Shown piece by piece: positions 1-11,056 of a DNA stretch of 43,396 nt. The stretch lies in NCBI GenBank assembly GCA_020137815.1, contig WFME01000015.1, positions 1-43,396 on the forward strand. The letters are read 5' to 3'. The position numbers and the translations under genes are program-made. Every line of letters begins with the position of its first letter. Within the stretch, counting starts at the first letter, position 1. The notes under the pieces were generated by a model that did not search any database, had not been told where the DNA came from, and worked only from the letters and a program-made list of their open reading frames with translations. This DNA comes from Hormiphora californensis (lineage: Eukaryota; Animalia; Ctenophora).

Positions 1-302
1 GAAAGTTCAGACAATTTGCCGGTAACGATTTTTCGTCAAATCAGATATCGGAACACGTCTTCAGGGTGCTAGAGGCGTTTGAAAAAAGTTAGTCGGTCTC
101 GCGCAATGACGTCACTCATGACGTCTTTGCGCGCGTCATAGGTAAGATGGAGAGTCGCCACTCAGATGGGTACATGCACGAGACAATTATCTGTCGAATG
201 CCGCTTGGTTTAAGGTCGTACGATGTCTGGTTCGTCTCAAACTGGGACCAAACGGAAGGTAATAAAGCGTCTATACATCTATATATGTATATATGTATAT
301 TA

Positions 303-500
303 AGCCAAAAACTAATTGAATTAGTTGGCGGGAAAGGTGGCCCACTTACACCTTTTGCTGCTGCCGGGTATCACCACGAACTCTAATTCTCTCCGTCGGT
401 ATCTCAATCTCATATTTTTCGAGGGTAACTTATTCATGTTCGTTCTATCCCTCTCTCCTCCCTGTCTCTCTCGCTCTCTGGCTCTATCTGTCTGTCTCTA

Positions 501-531
<31 letters not shown>

Positions 532-543
532 GTCTCTGTCTCC

Positions 544-587
<44 letters not shown>

Positions 588-714
588 ATCAAACTCTCTT
601 TCACTGCCTTATTCCATTATATTCAACTCAGCTCATTATATCCCTTATCCCGGCAGCAGGCAAAGGTGTAAGTGGGCCACCTTTCCCGCCAACTAATTCA
701 ATTAGTTTTTGGCT
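303..714. mobile_element. MITE-like element with ~65-bp terminal inverted repeats and a central (CT)n tract
   Basis: agccaaaaactaattgaattagttggcgggaaaggtggcccacttacacc (from 303) is the reverse complement of ggtgtaagtgggccacctttcccgccaactaattcaattagtttttggct (ending 714). Confidence 0.75.
449..600. repeat. (CT)n/(CTGT)n microsatellite
   Basis: Directly visible; it produces the spurious SLSLSL ORF 325..696. Confidence 0.95.
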
Positions 715-1376
715 GAATTTAGGTCCCTTTTTGGTTTCCAATCGCAGCGTGACATTATTTCATGATGTAATGTTGTCGAAATGATGCGTTATATATGAGA
801 AACGAGACGAATTTCTGTGAAAATCGTATTTTAGACGTCATTATGACGTCATTTGACGTAATTAGTGACGTCGTAACGACGTAATTGTATCACGATATAT
901 TTTGAATCAATTCCTCAAAGGAGCTTGTAAAGTTTTATTGACCAAAGTGGTCAGGAAAGGGAGTTTTTGCTCGAAATACATTCAATTTACTGAATTTTTC
1001 GTCAAATTTTTGACTTCCGAGGCCATTGAAGGGCTCAAAATGATGAGCTTTGAAAATTCGCGATATAGTATCTGAAAGTTCAGACAATTTGCCGGTAACG
1101 ATTTTTCGTCAAATCAGAAATCGGAACACGTCTTCAGGGTGCTAGAGGCGTTTGAAAAAAGTTAGTCGGTCTCGCGCAATGACGTCACTCATGACGTCAT
1201 TGCGCGCATCATAGGTAAGATGGAGAGTCGCCACCCAAATGGGTACATGCACGAGACAATTATCTGTCGAATGCCGCTTGGTTTAAGGTCGTACGATGTC
1301 TGGTTCATCTCAAACTGGGACCAAACGGAAGGTAACAAAGCGTCTATACATCTATGTATGTATGTATGCATGTATA

Positions 1377-1979
1377 TATCAACCTAGTTATCCCCACACT
1401 GAATTTTCTGTTTTGGGGTGGTGTTCGACTTTTGAACAAAAAGAGCTAGCCACTTGAAATGTTTACCATCGATAGATTTCAACAAGAAGCTTCTAAGTAC
1501 AAAATTTCAGCTTCCTAGCTCTTCCGGTTCCGGAGTTATGGCGTGTCAAAAAGTGCCAAAATGGGCTAAAAGTATGAAATAAGTATATTATATACGCTGT
1601 GAGCAAGCGGGCCGTTTTTGGGGGGATTTTTTTCGGGGGATGGATGGGGCCACCTTTGCGCTTGCCAGCGCAGTGATATGTATCAACCTAGTTATCCCCA
1701 CACTGAATTTTCTGTTTTGGGGGTGGTGTTATAACTTTTGAACAAAAGGAGCTAGCCACTTGAAATTTTTACCATCGATAGAGGTCTACAAGAAGCTTCT
1801 AAGTACAAAATTTCAGCTTCCTATCTCTTCCGGTTCGGGAGTTATGGCATGTCAAAAAGTGCCAAAATGGGCTAAAAGTATGAAATAACTATATATACGC
1901 TGTGAGCAAGCGGGCCGTTTTTGGGGGAAATTTTTTCGGGGGATGGATGGGGTCACCTTTGCGCTTGCCAGCGCAGTGA
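1377..1979. repeat. Tandem duplication of a ~304-bp unit, possibly the 3' part of a non-autonomous Helitron/Helentron-like element
   Basis: tatcaacctagttatccccacactg...gcgcttgccagcgcagtga at 1377-1676 and 1681-1979. Each unit ends in a GC hairpin gcgct-tgcc-agcgc. The duplication is seen directly; the family assignment is inference. Confidence 0.7.
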
Positions 1980-3180
1980 CTAAACTCGCTATAATGCAAT
2001 GGTCCCTCAATTTATTTGTGGTTGAGCTCTCTTGTGGATCTGAGGACACGTACGACGTCTGGTTTTAAGGAACAATGATCAAAATGGAATACAGATTACA
2101 CAGTCCAAGAAAGGGAATGGTTGAAGTACTTTAAAACTGGGGAATATAGATGTCCAAGAGACGAAGATGTGACGAAATGGTGCAACTAAATCTAACTAGG
2201 AACGATTGACTGACTGATTTTATGAAGGAGTCATACTTTATTCCAATTAATTCTCATTTTGATCTTTGTCTACTGATGATTGGTGCCTCCTCGTGGGGCA
2301 TCATGAAACATGTGTATAGACCTTAAAAACTTCTGTTGTTTTTAATTTGTACATATAATTAATGAACTATGGCAGTTTCGAAGTTCTTACACAGCTATTA
2401 CCGAGCGCAATAATAAGGAACGACTGTTCCAAACCGCAAGTCTATTTGTGGTTTAGGAGAACACTCATAGATAAAAAAGCGTCCTCCCCTCCCCTCCCCT
2501 CCTTACATTTTTGCATTTTGGGACCCCTGGAAAATTTTTACCTTACATCATATCGTTCTGAAAATTTGCATGCATCTTCTCCTATATGAGGGCCCTTAGA
2601 GTACACAATTTCAGCTCTCTACTTCATCTGGAACATGTTTTTTTAAAGCATCAAAAATCTCGAAATCTGCAATGGTATATACATAGTAGCACTGACAAGT
2701 TTTGACGCTCTTGTGCGTAGAAGTGTTGCGTGTGCTATCTCTTTTGTTTTTTGAGTTAGAGGGTATTTCTAAGGTGGGGGCTCTGCCCCCACACCCCCGT
2801 TTATGATGGGGGCGGTGCCCCCACACCCCCCTTTTGGGCCCGGGGCACTTGCCAGTGCTATGACCTTGTAAACTATGTTTCATAGTGAGAAGTTACTTTA
2901 AATTAAAATGACCGCCTACCTGAGTCAATATCAATAAGTTCAGCTTCATCATCCAAGGCATCGAAATCCAGAACTTCTTCACTGTCATCTTTATCATGGT
3001 ACGTCATGAAGAATTTTTCCCAGCCGTGTTCCCTACCTTCGGGATTCCTCTGTTTTAAGTCGAGCTCACATTTTGCGCCGAACCTTTCTCTTCGCCCTTC
3101 TTTATACTTGTCACTCATTTCCTATTGCAGTTATTGATCAATCAGAGAGGCCCATCCAAAGTCAATGAATAAGAAACTAA

Positions 3181-3775
3181 AAGGTTACAAGTTTACAAGT
3201 TTACAATTAATTATTAAAGTTTTAGTGTACACAACAGGCCTTTCCTTAGTGGGTCCACCTAAATAAATTAAACACGTATCACCTCTCAGCCACTCTCAGA
3301 CATGAACAGCACATTGAGGGGAAATATCATTGGGAAGTGATGGATAGCCTCTGACAGGGGGACGGTCATAAAAGCCTGTCAAGTAATTGCCCAGGGATGA
3401 TTTGAACTGACCTAAGCTTCCGCAAGAGTTAACGGCCGCTGGCAACCTGTTCCACAGGTGAGCAGCTCTCGGTCTGAAGGAAGAATGGTACTGATTCGCT
3501 CTCCAGGTCTCAGCCCGATGTGGAAACATTGGCGGGACTAACCTCATACCCAGCCTTGCACTGTGTTGGAACACAAGGTTTCTAGAATTCGGAACAAACC
3601 CATGGATCGTCTTCCACACATGTATCAACATGTAACGTTGTCTCCTACGTTGAAGAGACATCAGGTTGAGAACTTTTAATCTCTCCCAATAGTCGAGATT
3701 CTGCATTCCATCAAGTCTTCTGGTAAAACACCTTTGGACGTTCTCAATTGACTTGATGTCCCCAGACTTTGACGG
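3181..3775 (-). mobile_element. 5'-truncated CR1-like LINE (RT C-terminal remnant plus tandem-repeat tail)
   Basis: ORF 3296..3706 reads LDYWERLKVLNLMSLQRRRQRY..LWNRLP..DRPPVRGY, homologous to the end of ORF2 at 6265-9186. Tail of (aaacttgt)n near 3185-3205. Confidence 0.85.
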
Positions 3776-4185
3776 ATCATTGAATAGCTGACTGCGAGTT
3801 GGTCTGTTGTATTTTGTAATTAACTAATTTGGAAGCCTAGCATTTTGAGCTTGTTGTGTTGTTTCTCAAAACATGAGATTTGAGGCCATGAAGGGGATGT
3901 TAAATGACAAGGAAGAAGGCTGTGCCAACCTTGAGGGGCTGGTTTCACCGTCCACGGCATCATGATGATTGGAGTGGGGGCCACTGGGTGACCTCCAAAC
4001 TGGTCTCGCGTGTGTTCATATATAAAAAAAATTTTGAAAATTTACTTCATAATTTTTAAACACTTTCTTAGCATTTTCTAGGCATTTTTTTGAGTTATAG
4101 AATGAAAATGATATCTGTTTTTACAAAAAATTTAAATTTTTTACATCAAATTGTGCCATGGATTTCATAGGAATCATTGTAAATA

Positions 4186-4357
4186 CAGTCGGACCCCGAT
4201 TTACCAGGATCCTCGGGGGAAAGGGTTTTGCCTGGTAAATCGGGGTGCCCGGTATATCGGGGTCAAATACCGTTATTTTCCCGTATCGGGGGAAGTTTAT
4301 CCTCTCGGTAAATCGGGGTTCCGGTAAATCGGGGCCCGGTAAATCGGGGTCCGACTG
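4186..4357. mobile_element. Tc1/mariner (pogo/Tigger-like) MITE, 172 bp
   Basis: TA|cagtcggaccccgatttacc ... ggtaaatcggggtccgactg|TA: perfect TIRs starting CAGT, TA target duplication, internal ggtaaatcgggg repeats. Mirrored at ~42604-42775. Confidence 0.85.
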
Positions 4358-4561
4358 TATACTAGTTTGTGGTAGAAAAAGGGCAGACAAGGACGAATAA
4401 CTTTGCCACAATATGTATTAAGGATGAAACTAACCTAAACAAGTGAAATAATAGTCACTGATAGCATATAAAAGTAGTGTAGAGTTTTTGAAGTTTTTGA
4501 AGTCAACTTCAAAAACTCAAAAAGTAGGGTGGAAAACTTCAAACTTCAAAAACTTCAGCCG

Positions 4562-4580
4562 CCCCCCCCCCCCCCCCCCC
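4562..4580. repeat. C19 homopolymer
   Basis: Directly visible; mirrored as a G run near 42385-42402. Confidence 0.9.
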
Positions 4581-4582
4581 GT

Positions 4583-4690
4583 CCGGTTCCTGATAAGATT
4601 GAAACTTGAAATTTGGAGGTTACGAAGATCTTGCTAAGTTCTTCCGAACCCACAAATTTCAAGTCTCTATCTTATCAGGAATCGGAGATA
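4583..4690. repeat. Dispersed self-complementary repeat module shared with the satellite spacer
   Basis: ccggttcctgataagattgaaacttgaaatttggaggttacgaagatcttgctaag...aaatttcaagtctctatcttatcagg matches the spacers at 21983-22356 and 23072-23441. Confidence 0.75.
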
Positions 4691-5029
4691 TGACACATTT
4701 TGTTGTTTCAGGGGTGCGACAGTTTAAAAAAAATCCGACTTTACCTGCTACTTCGCCGATGAAGTTGGCCTATATGAAGCCGTGGAAAACGCACGCACTT
4801 GGGGTCTGCACATATCGCTTATCTATTTTGTATCTCGAGACTCGCGCAGCTCTCTGCAAACTTTGTACAGCTGCTAGTGTTCCTGACCCAGTACATCTGT
4901 ACTGCCCATATCAGTTCCAGATGGCTGATCGAGCGTTCTCAACATGGCGTTATTCAGTTCCTGGCGATAATGCAGGTACAGCGGACTTCATTCGGCTGGA
5001 GACCTCAATCCTAGCTACTTTGAGAAAAA

Positions 5030-5598
5030 GTTGGTGGCTACGATCGTACACCCGTAAGATCGTTGGTCTCAAGGGGCTGAACTACTGGCAACGACTTCAA
5101 ACCCTGGGACTTTTGTCGCTTCAGCGCCGACGTGAGAGGTACACTATGATTATTGTGTGGAAAGTGTACAACAATGAGATACCCAACAGTACTGACATGT
5201 GTTTCGTCGACAGGCACCGCTCTGGCCCTAGTGCTGTCGTCCCTCGATACTCGTACGAGGCTCAACGATCTAACCTGTCGCTATATGAACAATCATTTGC
5301 GGTACTGGGGGCAAGGTTGTGGAACACTTTGCTTCGATCTGTAAAGGAGGCCCCAACTCTTTATCAGTTCAAATCTCAGCTAGGTAGTTTCCTCTCTACC
5401 ATTCCGGATACACCCCCCCATCAGCGGTTATCCTGCTCAAGCAAACAGTAACTCAATACTAGAGTGGTGTCCATGATGCGTGTTAGTGTGTTATGAGTCG
5501 CTGTGCTGTGAGTGTACTGAGTATTGACTCTTTTTAGGAGGTTTATTTTTTTAAATATCCTGTGTGTTACGCAAATTTATGAATTTGAATTTGAATTC
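5030..5598 (+). mobile_element. 5'-truncated CR1-like LINE 3' fragment
   Basis: RSYTRKIVGLKGLNYWQRLQTLGLLSLQRRRERY..LWNTL..IPDTPP; tail of (tttgaa)n at ~5578-5598. Confidence 0.85.
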
Positions 5599-5639
5599 TA
5601 CCCTGACTCCAACACGGAGGTCGGAGGGTGGTGAGTTTG

Positions 5640-6070
5640 ACCCTAATACTATTATAACAACCGGCGTCATCTCGAGTCTTGACACTAATCAGACGGTTAA
5701 ATTGATTGCAGACATGGCTGGTCTTCTCTGGTTCCGAGCTCGACCCTTGTCAAAGGTAGCCAGGAGACAGTTCGAGTTAGAAGAGGCGAGACCTGCTGCA
5801 GTTGACGAGTCTAGAGAGAAAGTACAGAAACTAGTGGAACAGTTCAAGATCACCAGAAACCGTCTCGACACCGTCAAGGACGAGCTTCTGGAACGTGACA
5901 GGCAAATGATCACCCTTCAGGAAGAGATTAGTGCACTAAAAGACTCGATCATCTCGATGAAGGATTCCCAGCTAGAGAGTAGCATTAGTGCTGTCCAGAC
6001 TGTTGTTAAAGAGGAAATGAGCAGCTATTCGTCCGTTCTTGATACCGCTGCTGCCTGCTACCACCACTAG
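5640..6070 (+). mobile_element. Probable LINE ORF1 fragment (coiled coil), truncated
   Basis: Heptad-rich VQKLVEQFKITRNRLDTVKDELLERDRQMITLQEEISALKD..VQTVVKEEMSSYSSVL lying between LINE remnants. The family call is pattern recognition only. Confidence 0.45.
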
Positions 6071-6264
6071 CTGCCCTGGCCAGCGCCACAGTTGACCGAT
6101 CTGCCAATCTGATGACTAGTTGAGAATGGCAATGGTAGTGACACCAGTAAGTTGAAAGACTTGTTCCAGAATCTGGACAAGTTGGCATACGTTGCAGGCT
6201 TGATAAAACTTGATAAACTTGATAAATAAACTTTATTACAGAATCGTAACCGGTGTCAGTCTTT

Positions 6265-9200
6265 TCAGCATCCCCCTTTAGCTCGAACCTCCAAAACCCA
6301 GTCCATGATAGAATTGTTGTTCCGGGTAGAATAACCCTTCACAGGTGGATTGTCAGGGAAGTGGTCCAGCCAACGGCCCAGCAGGATCTTGAACGTATCT
6401 AAGGTCACTGCTGTATTAACCTCTTTCGGCAATGTGTTCCATAGCCGAGCGGCCCTTACAGTAAAAGAGTGGAAGTATTTTGTTGAGAATGACTTCTGTG
6501 CTCCACTGTAAAGAGTAGGTACTTCGGCTCGGATGCCGAGCCGTTGATGATGGTAAAACCGGGTATTCGTGCTGTTAGGGGCTGCACCGTTATGGATTTT
6601 CCACATTTGTATTATCGAGTATCGCTCCCTCCGTCGTTGTAATGACATCAGTCTAAGCTTTTTCAGCCGTTCCCAATAGTCAAGTTGTGCCATGTCTTCG
6701 ATCCTTCGGGTAAACTGTCTCTGGATACTCTCCAGCGCCTGGATGTCACCAATCTTGTAGGGCGACCATAAAGGTGAGCAGTATTCTACTTTACACCTTA
6801 TTAGTGACTTGTAGAGTGTCAGCATAGTGGTTACTGACCTATCTTTAAAAGCTCTCAGTGCCCAGGCGGCCATCCTTCGTGCTTCTGATGAGATCCTCAT
6901 GACATGGTCTGTCCAAGAGCCATTGTTTGATAGAGTGATGCCAAGGTCTTTCACTGTATCCGTTGGCTGTATTTCATTTCCACCTGGAGTCACATATGAG
7001 CTAAGGTCATGGGTGAAAGGCAGTTCTCTGAGAAGGGATGTTCTGTTCAGAGTATAGTGAATAACCTCAAACTTGTCCTCATGAAGTGTCATACAGTTGG
7101 CTGCAGACCACTCCACCACACGCTGGAGATCCTCTTGCATTTCTGCTCCTGATTCTTCCGAGTCGACACTCTTTTGGAGCTTGGTATCATCCGCAAAGGT
7201 TCTGATTTTGCTGTGGATTACTTGGCTTTGGAGATCAGCTACGTAGATGATAAAGAGGATTGGTCCGAGTACGGTCCCTTGAGGGACTCCACTTTTGACC
7301 AGCTCGAAGTTCGATTTTTCACCGTCAACAGTAACTGTTTGGTACCGACCAGAAAGGAAGTCTTTTATCCAATTAAGTACTTTCCCTTTGATGCCTAGCT
7401 TTTCCAGCTTGGCAAGAAGAATAGCATGGTTGACACGGTCAAAGGCTTTGGAATAGTCCAAATAGATTACATCGACTTCGTTCCCGCTGTTTAGCTCTCG
7501 AAAGATTCCGTCCATGTGATCAAGTAACTGTGTGAGGCAGCTTCGTTGCTTCCTAAACCCGTGTTGGCTATCTGGTAGAAGATTGTTACTTTCAAGGTGA
7601 TCCACCAACTTGTTTCGTACAACTCGTTCAAATGTTTTTAGCAAGTTAGAAGTCAGTGAAACAGGGCGGTAGTTAACAGCAAGAGTTTTGTCACCACGCT
7701 TGAAGATTGGTGTGATGTACTGCTTTTTCAGGTTTGGGGGTGTTATTCCTTCTTCGAAGGACCGCTCCCAAAGAAGAAAGAGTGGTACAGCAAGAGTGGC
7801 TTTACAAGCACTGAGAATTTTAGCAGGGATGTCACCATCTGGTCCGGCAGAAGCAGGATCAAGTTCTGAGAGGGCTCCTTTAATGTCATCAGACGTAAAT
7901 GTGAAATCCTCCAAAATCGCACTGCTATCCTCAACCCAAGAAAGACTTTTCAGCAAGTCTCCACCGTCTGGATCACTGAAAGCACGGCAGTACTGTTTTT
8001 GCAGGAGTTCCGCTTTTTCAGTGTTGTCTGTGGTGAGTGTTCCATCATCACGTTTGAGAGGGGCAATGTTCGATTTAACTTTTGATAGTCGTTTTGCGTA
8101 GGAAAAGAAATATCGTGGGTTGACCTTGATCGTCTTAATGGCGCTGTGTTCCTTCTTCTCGATTGATTCATCTACAGCGTTCTGTATCTTGTCCTCAAGT
8201 GCTGTGAGTTCGTCTTGGAGTTCTTCAGCTTTTGAGATGTTAACGTTGACAGAAGACATTGCTCCAAGTCTTGCTTTTAACTTCCGCCTTCTCCTTCTCA
8301 GTGGTTCCAGGGGGCTGAATTTTCTCCGCTGAATCTTCTGAGGGGTGTGCTTGATGGTGATTTGCAGAACAGTTAGAATGAAAAGTTCTTTGAATTTGTC
8401 ACCAACAGGGTCTCCAGACTCTTCACATAATGTCTGCAGTTTGTCCCAATCAACAGAAGCAATGTCCACATTCATTTCTTCAAAATTGGCTTTTGGAATG
8501 TCCAACCCTCGAAAACTCATGTGGTCCCACTTTTTGATGGTGTCTACTGTCTTCATAAGGGGGTTTATCACCAGGGTACAGTCAACTATTCTGTGGTCAG
8601 AGATCTTTGTCTCTTCAGTTGTCACAGTTGATACGTATTGGGGTGAGTTGGTCATTATAACATCCAGAGTATTACTTCTTCTGGTTGGTTTGTCTACGAC
8701 CTGAGTTAGAAAATTTTCCTCAATGAAGGTCACAGTGCGTTGATAAGCCGCTATGTTAGCAGCAGCTGACGGCAGGGATTCTTCTTTCCAGTTGAACAAC
8801 GGCAAGTTTAGATCGCCCATGATAAACATTTCAGGGCTCCTTTCATTGGACAGGAGATCGATTTTATCTTGGAGATCATTCATAACTGTGATGAAGGACT
8901 GGTCAGATGAATCGGGGGGACGGTAGACACATGAAAACAACATGTTTTTAGCTTTACTAAAAGCCAATACCAGACTGCATTCCCGGTCACTGAATGAGTA
9001 TGCGTAGCTGATTGGGATGTCCTCACGAATGTACAAAACACAACCTCCTCCTTTCCGGTCAGGACGGTCAGAACGGAAGGTGCTGTATCCTTGCATTTTG
9101 ATTTGGGCATCTGCAATGTAGTTTTTCAACCATGACTCCGTTATTGCAAGGGCAACTGTCGGCGGGGAGTTTGGGTTGTTTAACAAAACAGCCTCGATGA

Positions 9201-9507
9201 AAGGGAGTTTCCACCGAGTGTTGCCCCCTGCAGCCGGTGAAATACTTCTCCCATTTAGTAGGATAATCTTTGAGAGGGCAGTATTTGGGTCGGGAGTTGA
9301 CGATGTACTCCTTGAGTGAGGGTACCTGTAGGTAGGGTGTACTGCACCGGCGGGTGTGCTTGTAAGTGGTGGGCCAGCTGGTTGTGCAGCATTGATTCGC
9401 TGTGGGTGGGGCCAAGCTGGGAGAGAATTTCTTCCATTCTGTCCGCTTGCCTCAGTGACTCTTCTCTTGCATTCCTGACCTCCTTCAAGACAATGCTCAG
9501 AAAACCC
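6265..9507 (-). CDS. LINE ORF2: APE endonuclease + reverse transcriptase; no ATG before the endonuclease, frame open from 9573
   Basis: EN motifs KIILLNGRSI, AITESWL, YRPP, MGDLNLP, TLDVIMT, SDH. RT motifs NYRPVSLTS, QHGFR, YLDYSKAFD, GVPQGTVLGP, FADD, KDLGI. Manual translation shows the frame extends upstream of the track's TTG (9186) to a TGA at 9576-9574. Start is placed at the putative frameshift heptamer. Confidence 0.9.
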   Translation of the reverse strand, partial: GFSEHCLEGGQECKRRVTEASGQNGRNSLPAWPHPQRINAAQPAGPPLTSTPAGAVHPTYRYPHSRSTSSTPDPNTALSKIILLNGRSISPAAGGNTRWKLPFIEAVLLNNPNSPPTVALAITESWLKNYIADAQIKMQGYSTFRSDRPDRKGGGCVLYIREDIPISYAYSFSDRECSLVLAFSKAKNMLFSCVYRPPDSSDQSFITVMNDLQDKIDLLSNERSPEMFIMGDLNLPLFNWKEESLPSAAANIAAYQRTVTFIEENFLTQVVDKPTRRSNTLDVIMTNSPQYVSTVTTEETKISDHRIVDCTLVINPLMKTVDTIKKWDHMSFRGLDIPKANFEEMNVDIASVDWDKLQTLCEESGDPVGDKFKELFILTVLQITIKHTPQKIQRRKFSPLEPLRRRRRKLKARLGAMSSVNVNISKAEELQDELTALEDKIQNAVDESIEKKEHSAIKTIKVNPRYFFSYAKRLSKVKSNIAPLKRDDGTLTTDNTEKAELLQKQYCRAFSDPDGGDLLKSLSWVEDSSAILEDFTFTSDDIKGALSELDPASAGPDGDIPAKILSACKATLAVPLFLLWERSFEEGITPPNLKKQYITPIFKRGDKTLAVNYRPVSLTSNLLKTFERVVRNKLVDHLESNNLLPDSQHGFRKQRSCLTQLLDHMDGIFRELNSGNEVDVIYLDYSKAFDRVNHAILLAKLEKLGIKGKVLNWIKDFLSGRYQTVTVDGEKSNFELVKSGVPQGTVLGPILFIIYVADLQSQVIHSKIRTFADDTKLQKSVDSEESGAEMQEDLQRVVEWSAANCMTLHEDKFEVIHYTLNRTSLLRELPFTHDLSSYVTPGGNEIQPTDTVKDLGITLSNNGSWTDHVMRISSEARRMAAWALRAFKDRSVTTMLTLYKSLIRCKVEYCSPLWSPYKIGDIQALESIQRQFTRRIEDMAQLDYWERLKKLRLMSLQRRRERYSIIQMWKIHNGAAPNSTNTRFYHHQRLGIRAEVPTLYSGAQKSFSTKYFHSFTVRAARLWNTLPKEVNTAVTLDTFKILLGRWLDHFPDNPPVKGYSTRNNNSIMDWVLEVRAKGGC

Positions 9508-10195
9508 GATTGTAGATGTCCAGGGTTTTGCTGCGAAACTGGTCGCAATGGTGAGCCGCTAAGAGGGAGTTGTTCATCCTGCACTCTCTCTCTCTCTGGT
9601 CAGTGGTGTGGGTGTTAGGTTGCCGTGTTGTCCTAACAACTTCCTGACGTTCTTTCCTCTCCGGGTTTTCCTCTTTCCTCCGTGTACCCTTTAGGTGGAG
9701 ATGCGGGCAATCAGGGTTTAAGCACTGTCGTTCCTTCATTCTCCGCTGTGAGCCCTCACATAGTTTTGGGTGGAGTTTAGAGCACTTTGAACCCGACTTA
9801 CAGCCATGGCGGGAATGAGATCCGTACAGTCTAAATTTCCTGCAAACTTTACGGTGGAGAAAACGGCAGGTTTCCCCATTCACTTCCTTTTTACCGGATA
9901 TCCCGTGTCTGCAGTAGCCTTCTGCCAGGAATGCACAAGGGACCTTAGATGATTCCCTGCTTGAGCCCTCGCCAGATACAGCTTCTTCAGTAACGTCTGG
10001 GGTGATAATTTCAACTGGCACTACCACGGGATCATCTTTCCCCGGAATAACAGGTATCCTCGACATTAGATCAAGACTACCCTTCTCGGTACAGGAGTGG
10101 CAGGTCCAGTTAAATCCCGTCAGTGGCTGAGTGATGGTGTACAGGGTGGAGAAGATTTTGGCCACTCCTTCACAGTCGTGGCCTCCCTGAAAACA
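9255..10195 (-). pseudogene. LINE family 1 ORF1 (PHD remnant + CCCH zinc fingers + helical/Gln-Pro tail), frameshifted at an (AG)7 tract
   Basis: CFQGGHDC..WTCHSC; CAFLAEGYCRHG..CRFLH; CRKF..GCKSGSKCSKLH; C..CLNPDCPHLH (ORF 9497..10165). The C-terminus GFLSIVLKEV..RLSY* lies in another frame (ORF 9255..9584); removing one AG unit at 9584-9597 joins the two. Confidence 0.8.
9501..9507 (-). promoter_or_regulatory. Putative -1 ribosomal frameshift heptamer G GGU UUU
   Basis: In the ORF1 frame (tcG GGT TTT ctg) a -1 slip gives ggg ttt tct gag, the ORF2 frame. A bulged stem gcatt..cttga/tcagg.aatgc follows. Confidence 0.55.
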
Positions 10196-10401
10196 GGCCC
10201 CTTATATTGCGGGGGTGCGTGCATGAGGGGGCTGCGCATGAGGGGGCTGCAGCGCATTCCAACTGGACAAGGCACCTGTTTTGTCGGAGCCCAAATTTAA
10301 TTTACCTTACTGCAAATCAGCGAACCTAAAATTAAGAATATGGCCAAAAAATATTCTTAATTTTGTTATTCTTAATTATAGAGTTCCTTATATTTCTACA
10401 A

Positions 10402-11048
10402 GGTAGCAGGTAAAGTCACCCACTTTTTGGCACAAGACGGTACGTGCGCTAAAGTACACCCCAAACTACTATGTCCCTCAGTCTCTATGAGACTTATGAG
10501 TGCCCCTTTAGCAGGTGTTGATGGGTGGATAGATCTTGGCAACAGTGGCAGCTTATTAGAGCGTGTCTGTGTGGATGTATGCTGGCGTGGTTGACCGAGC
10601 TGTTACTTAAACTTACCTAGTTTAGTAGTTCACTGTTATTGACATTAGAGGGCCAAATGGGTAATCAATTGATACCAATTACAGTATCAACATTTATTTA
10701 TTTGGTTATGGTTTAATCAATTTTCACACTTAAATCAATGTAGGCCGTCGGGTTATATCTGAAACGAAGATTTGTTACCTTACGCATAGTTTCATAACAA
10801 CTTTTTTAATTGTAATAAGTATTAAGTTTGACTACTTGACATCTGTCAAACGCAAAACCGAAAACGGAAAACCGAACACAAGACGAAAAATTTTTGGTGG
10901 AGTTGAAATTCTGAAATTTTCAAATTTGAAACTTTTACTTGCCGGGATTTTGAAATTCACTGCGCGTCATCGCGCGCAAGTTGCTCCGATTTGCGCGCTA
11001 CTGCACGTACCGTCATGTGCCAAAAAGTGGGTGACTTTACCTGCTACC
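10402..11048. mobile_element. Non-autonomous TIR DNA transposon with 9-bp TSD (Mutator- or Merlin-like)
   Basis: TIR ggtagcaggtaaagtcacccactttttggcacaagacggtacgtgc vs gcacgtaccgtcatgtgccaaaaagtgggtgactttacctgctacc; TSD tttctacaa at 10393-10401 and 11049-11057. Mirrored at 36002-36642. Confidence 0.85.
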
Positions 11049-11056
11049 TTTCTACA

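Larger units (their letters stand above)
1..1376. repeat. ~300-bp direct repeat (1-300 and 1074-1376) ending in a (TATG/TA)n microsatellite
   Basis: gaaagttcagacaatttgccggtaacgatttttcgtcaaatcaga...aaagcgtctatacatct occurs at 1 and 1074 with few substitutions. Confidence 0.9.
6198..10195 (-). mobile_element. Near-complete CR1-clade LINE, 5'-truncated within the ORF1 PHD finger (LINE family 1)
   Basis: ORF1 with PHD/CCCH fingers, intact APE-RT ORF2, AATAAA followed by a (tttatcaag)n tail at ~6198-6237. Confidence 0.92.

Noticed and set aside
325-696. 123-aa SL-rich ORF
   Set aside because: It is the translation of a CT microsatellite inside a MITE.
2903-3118. 71-aa acidic ORF as a gene or transposase tail
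   Set aside because: Short, with no recognisable motif; cannot be supported without a search.
4606-5451. 281-aa ORF as a single gene
   Set aside because: TTG start; it is a chance read-through of a repeat module into a LINE RT C-terminal remnant.
9252-9257. TAAATG at the ORF1 stop as a stop-restart signal for ORF2 (also at 17709-17714)
   Set aside because: That ATG is in the ORF1 frame, not the ORF2 frame, and lies inside the conserved LLN endonuclease motif.
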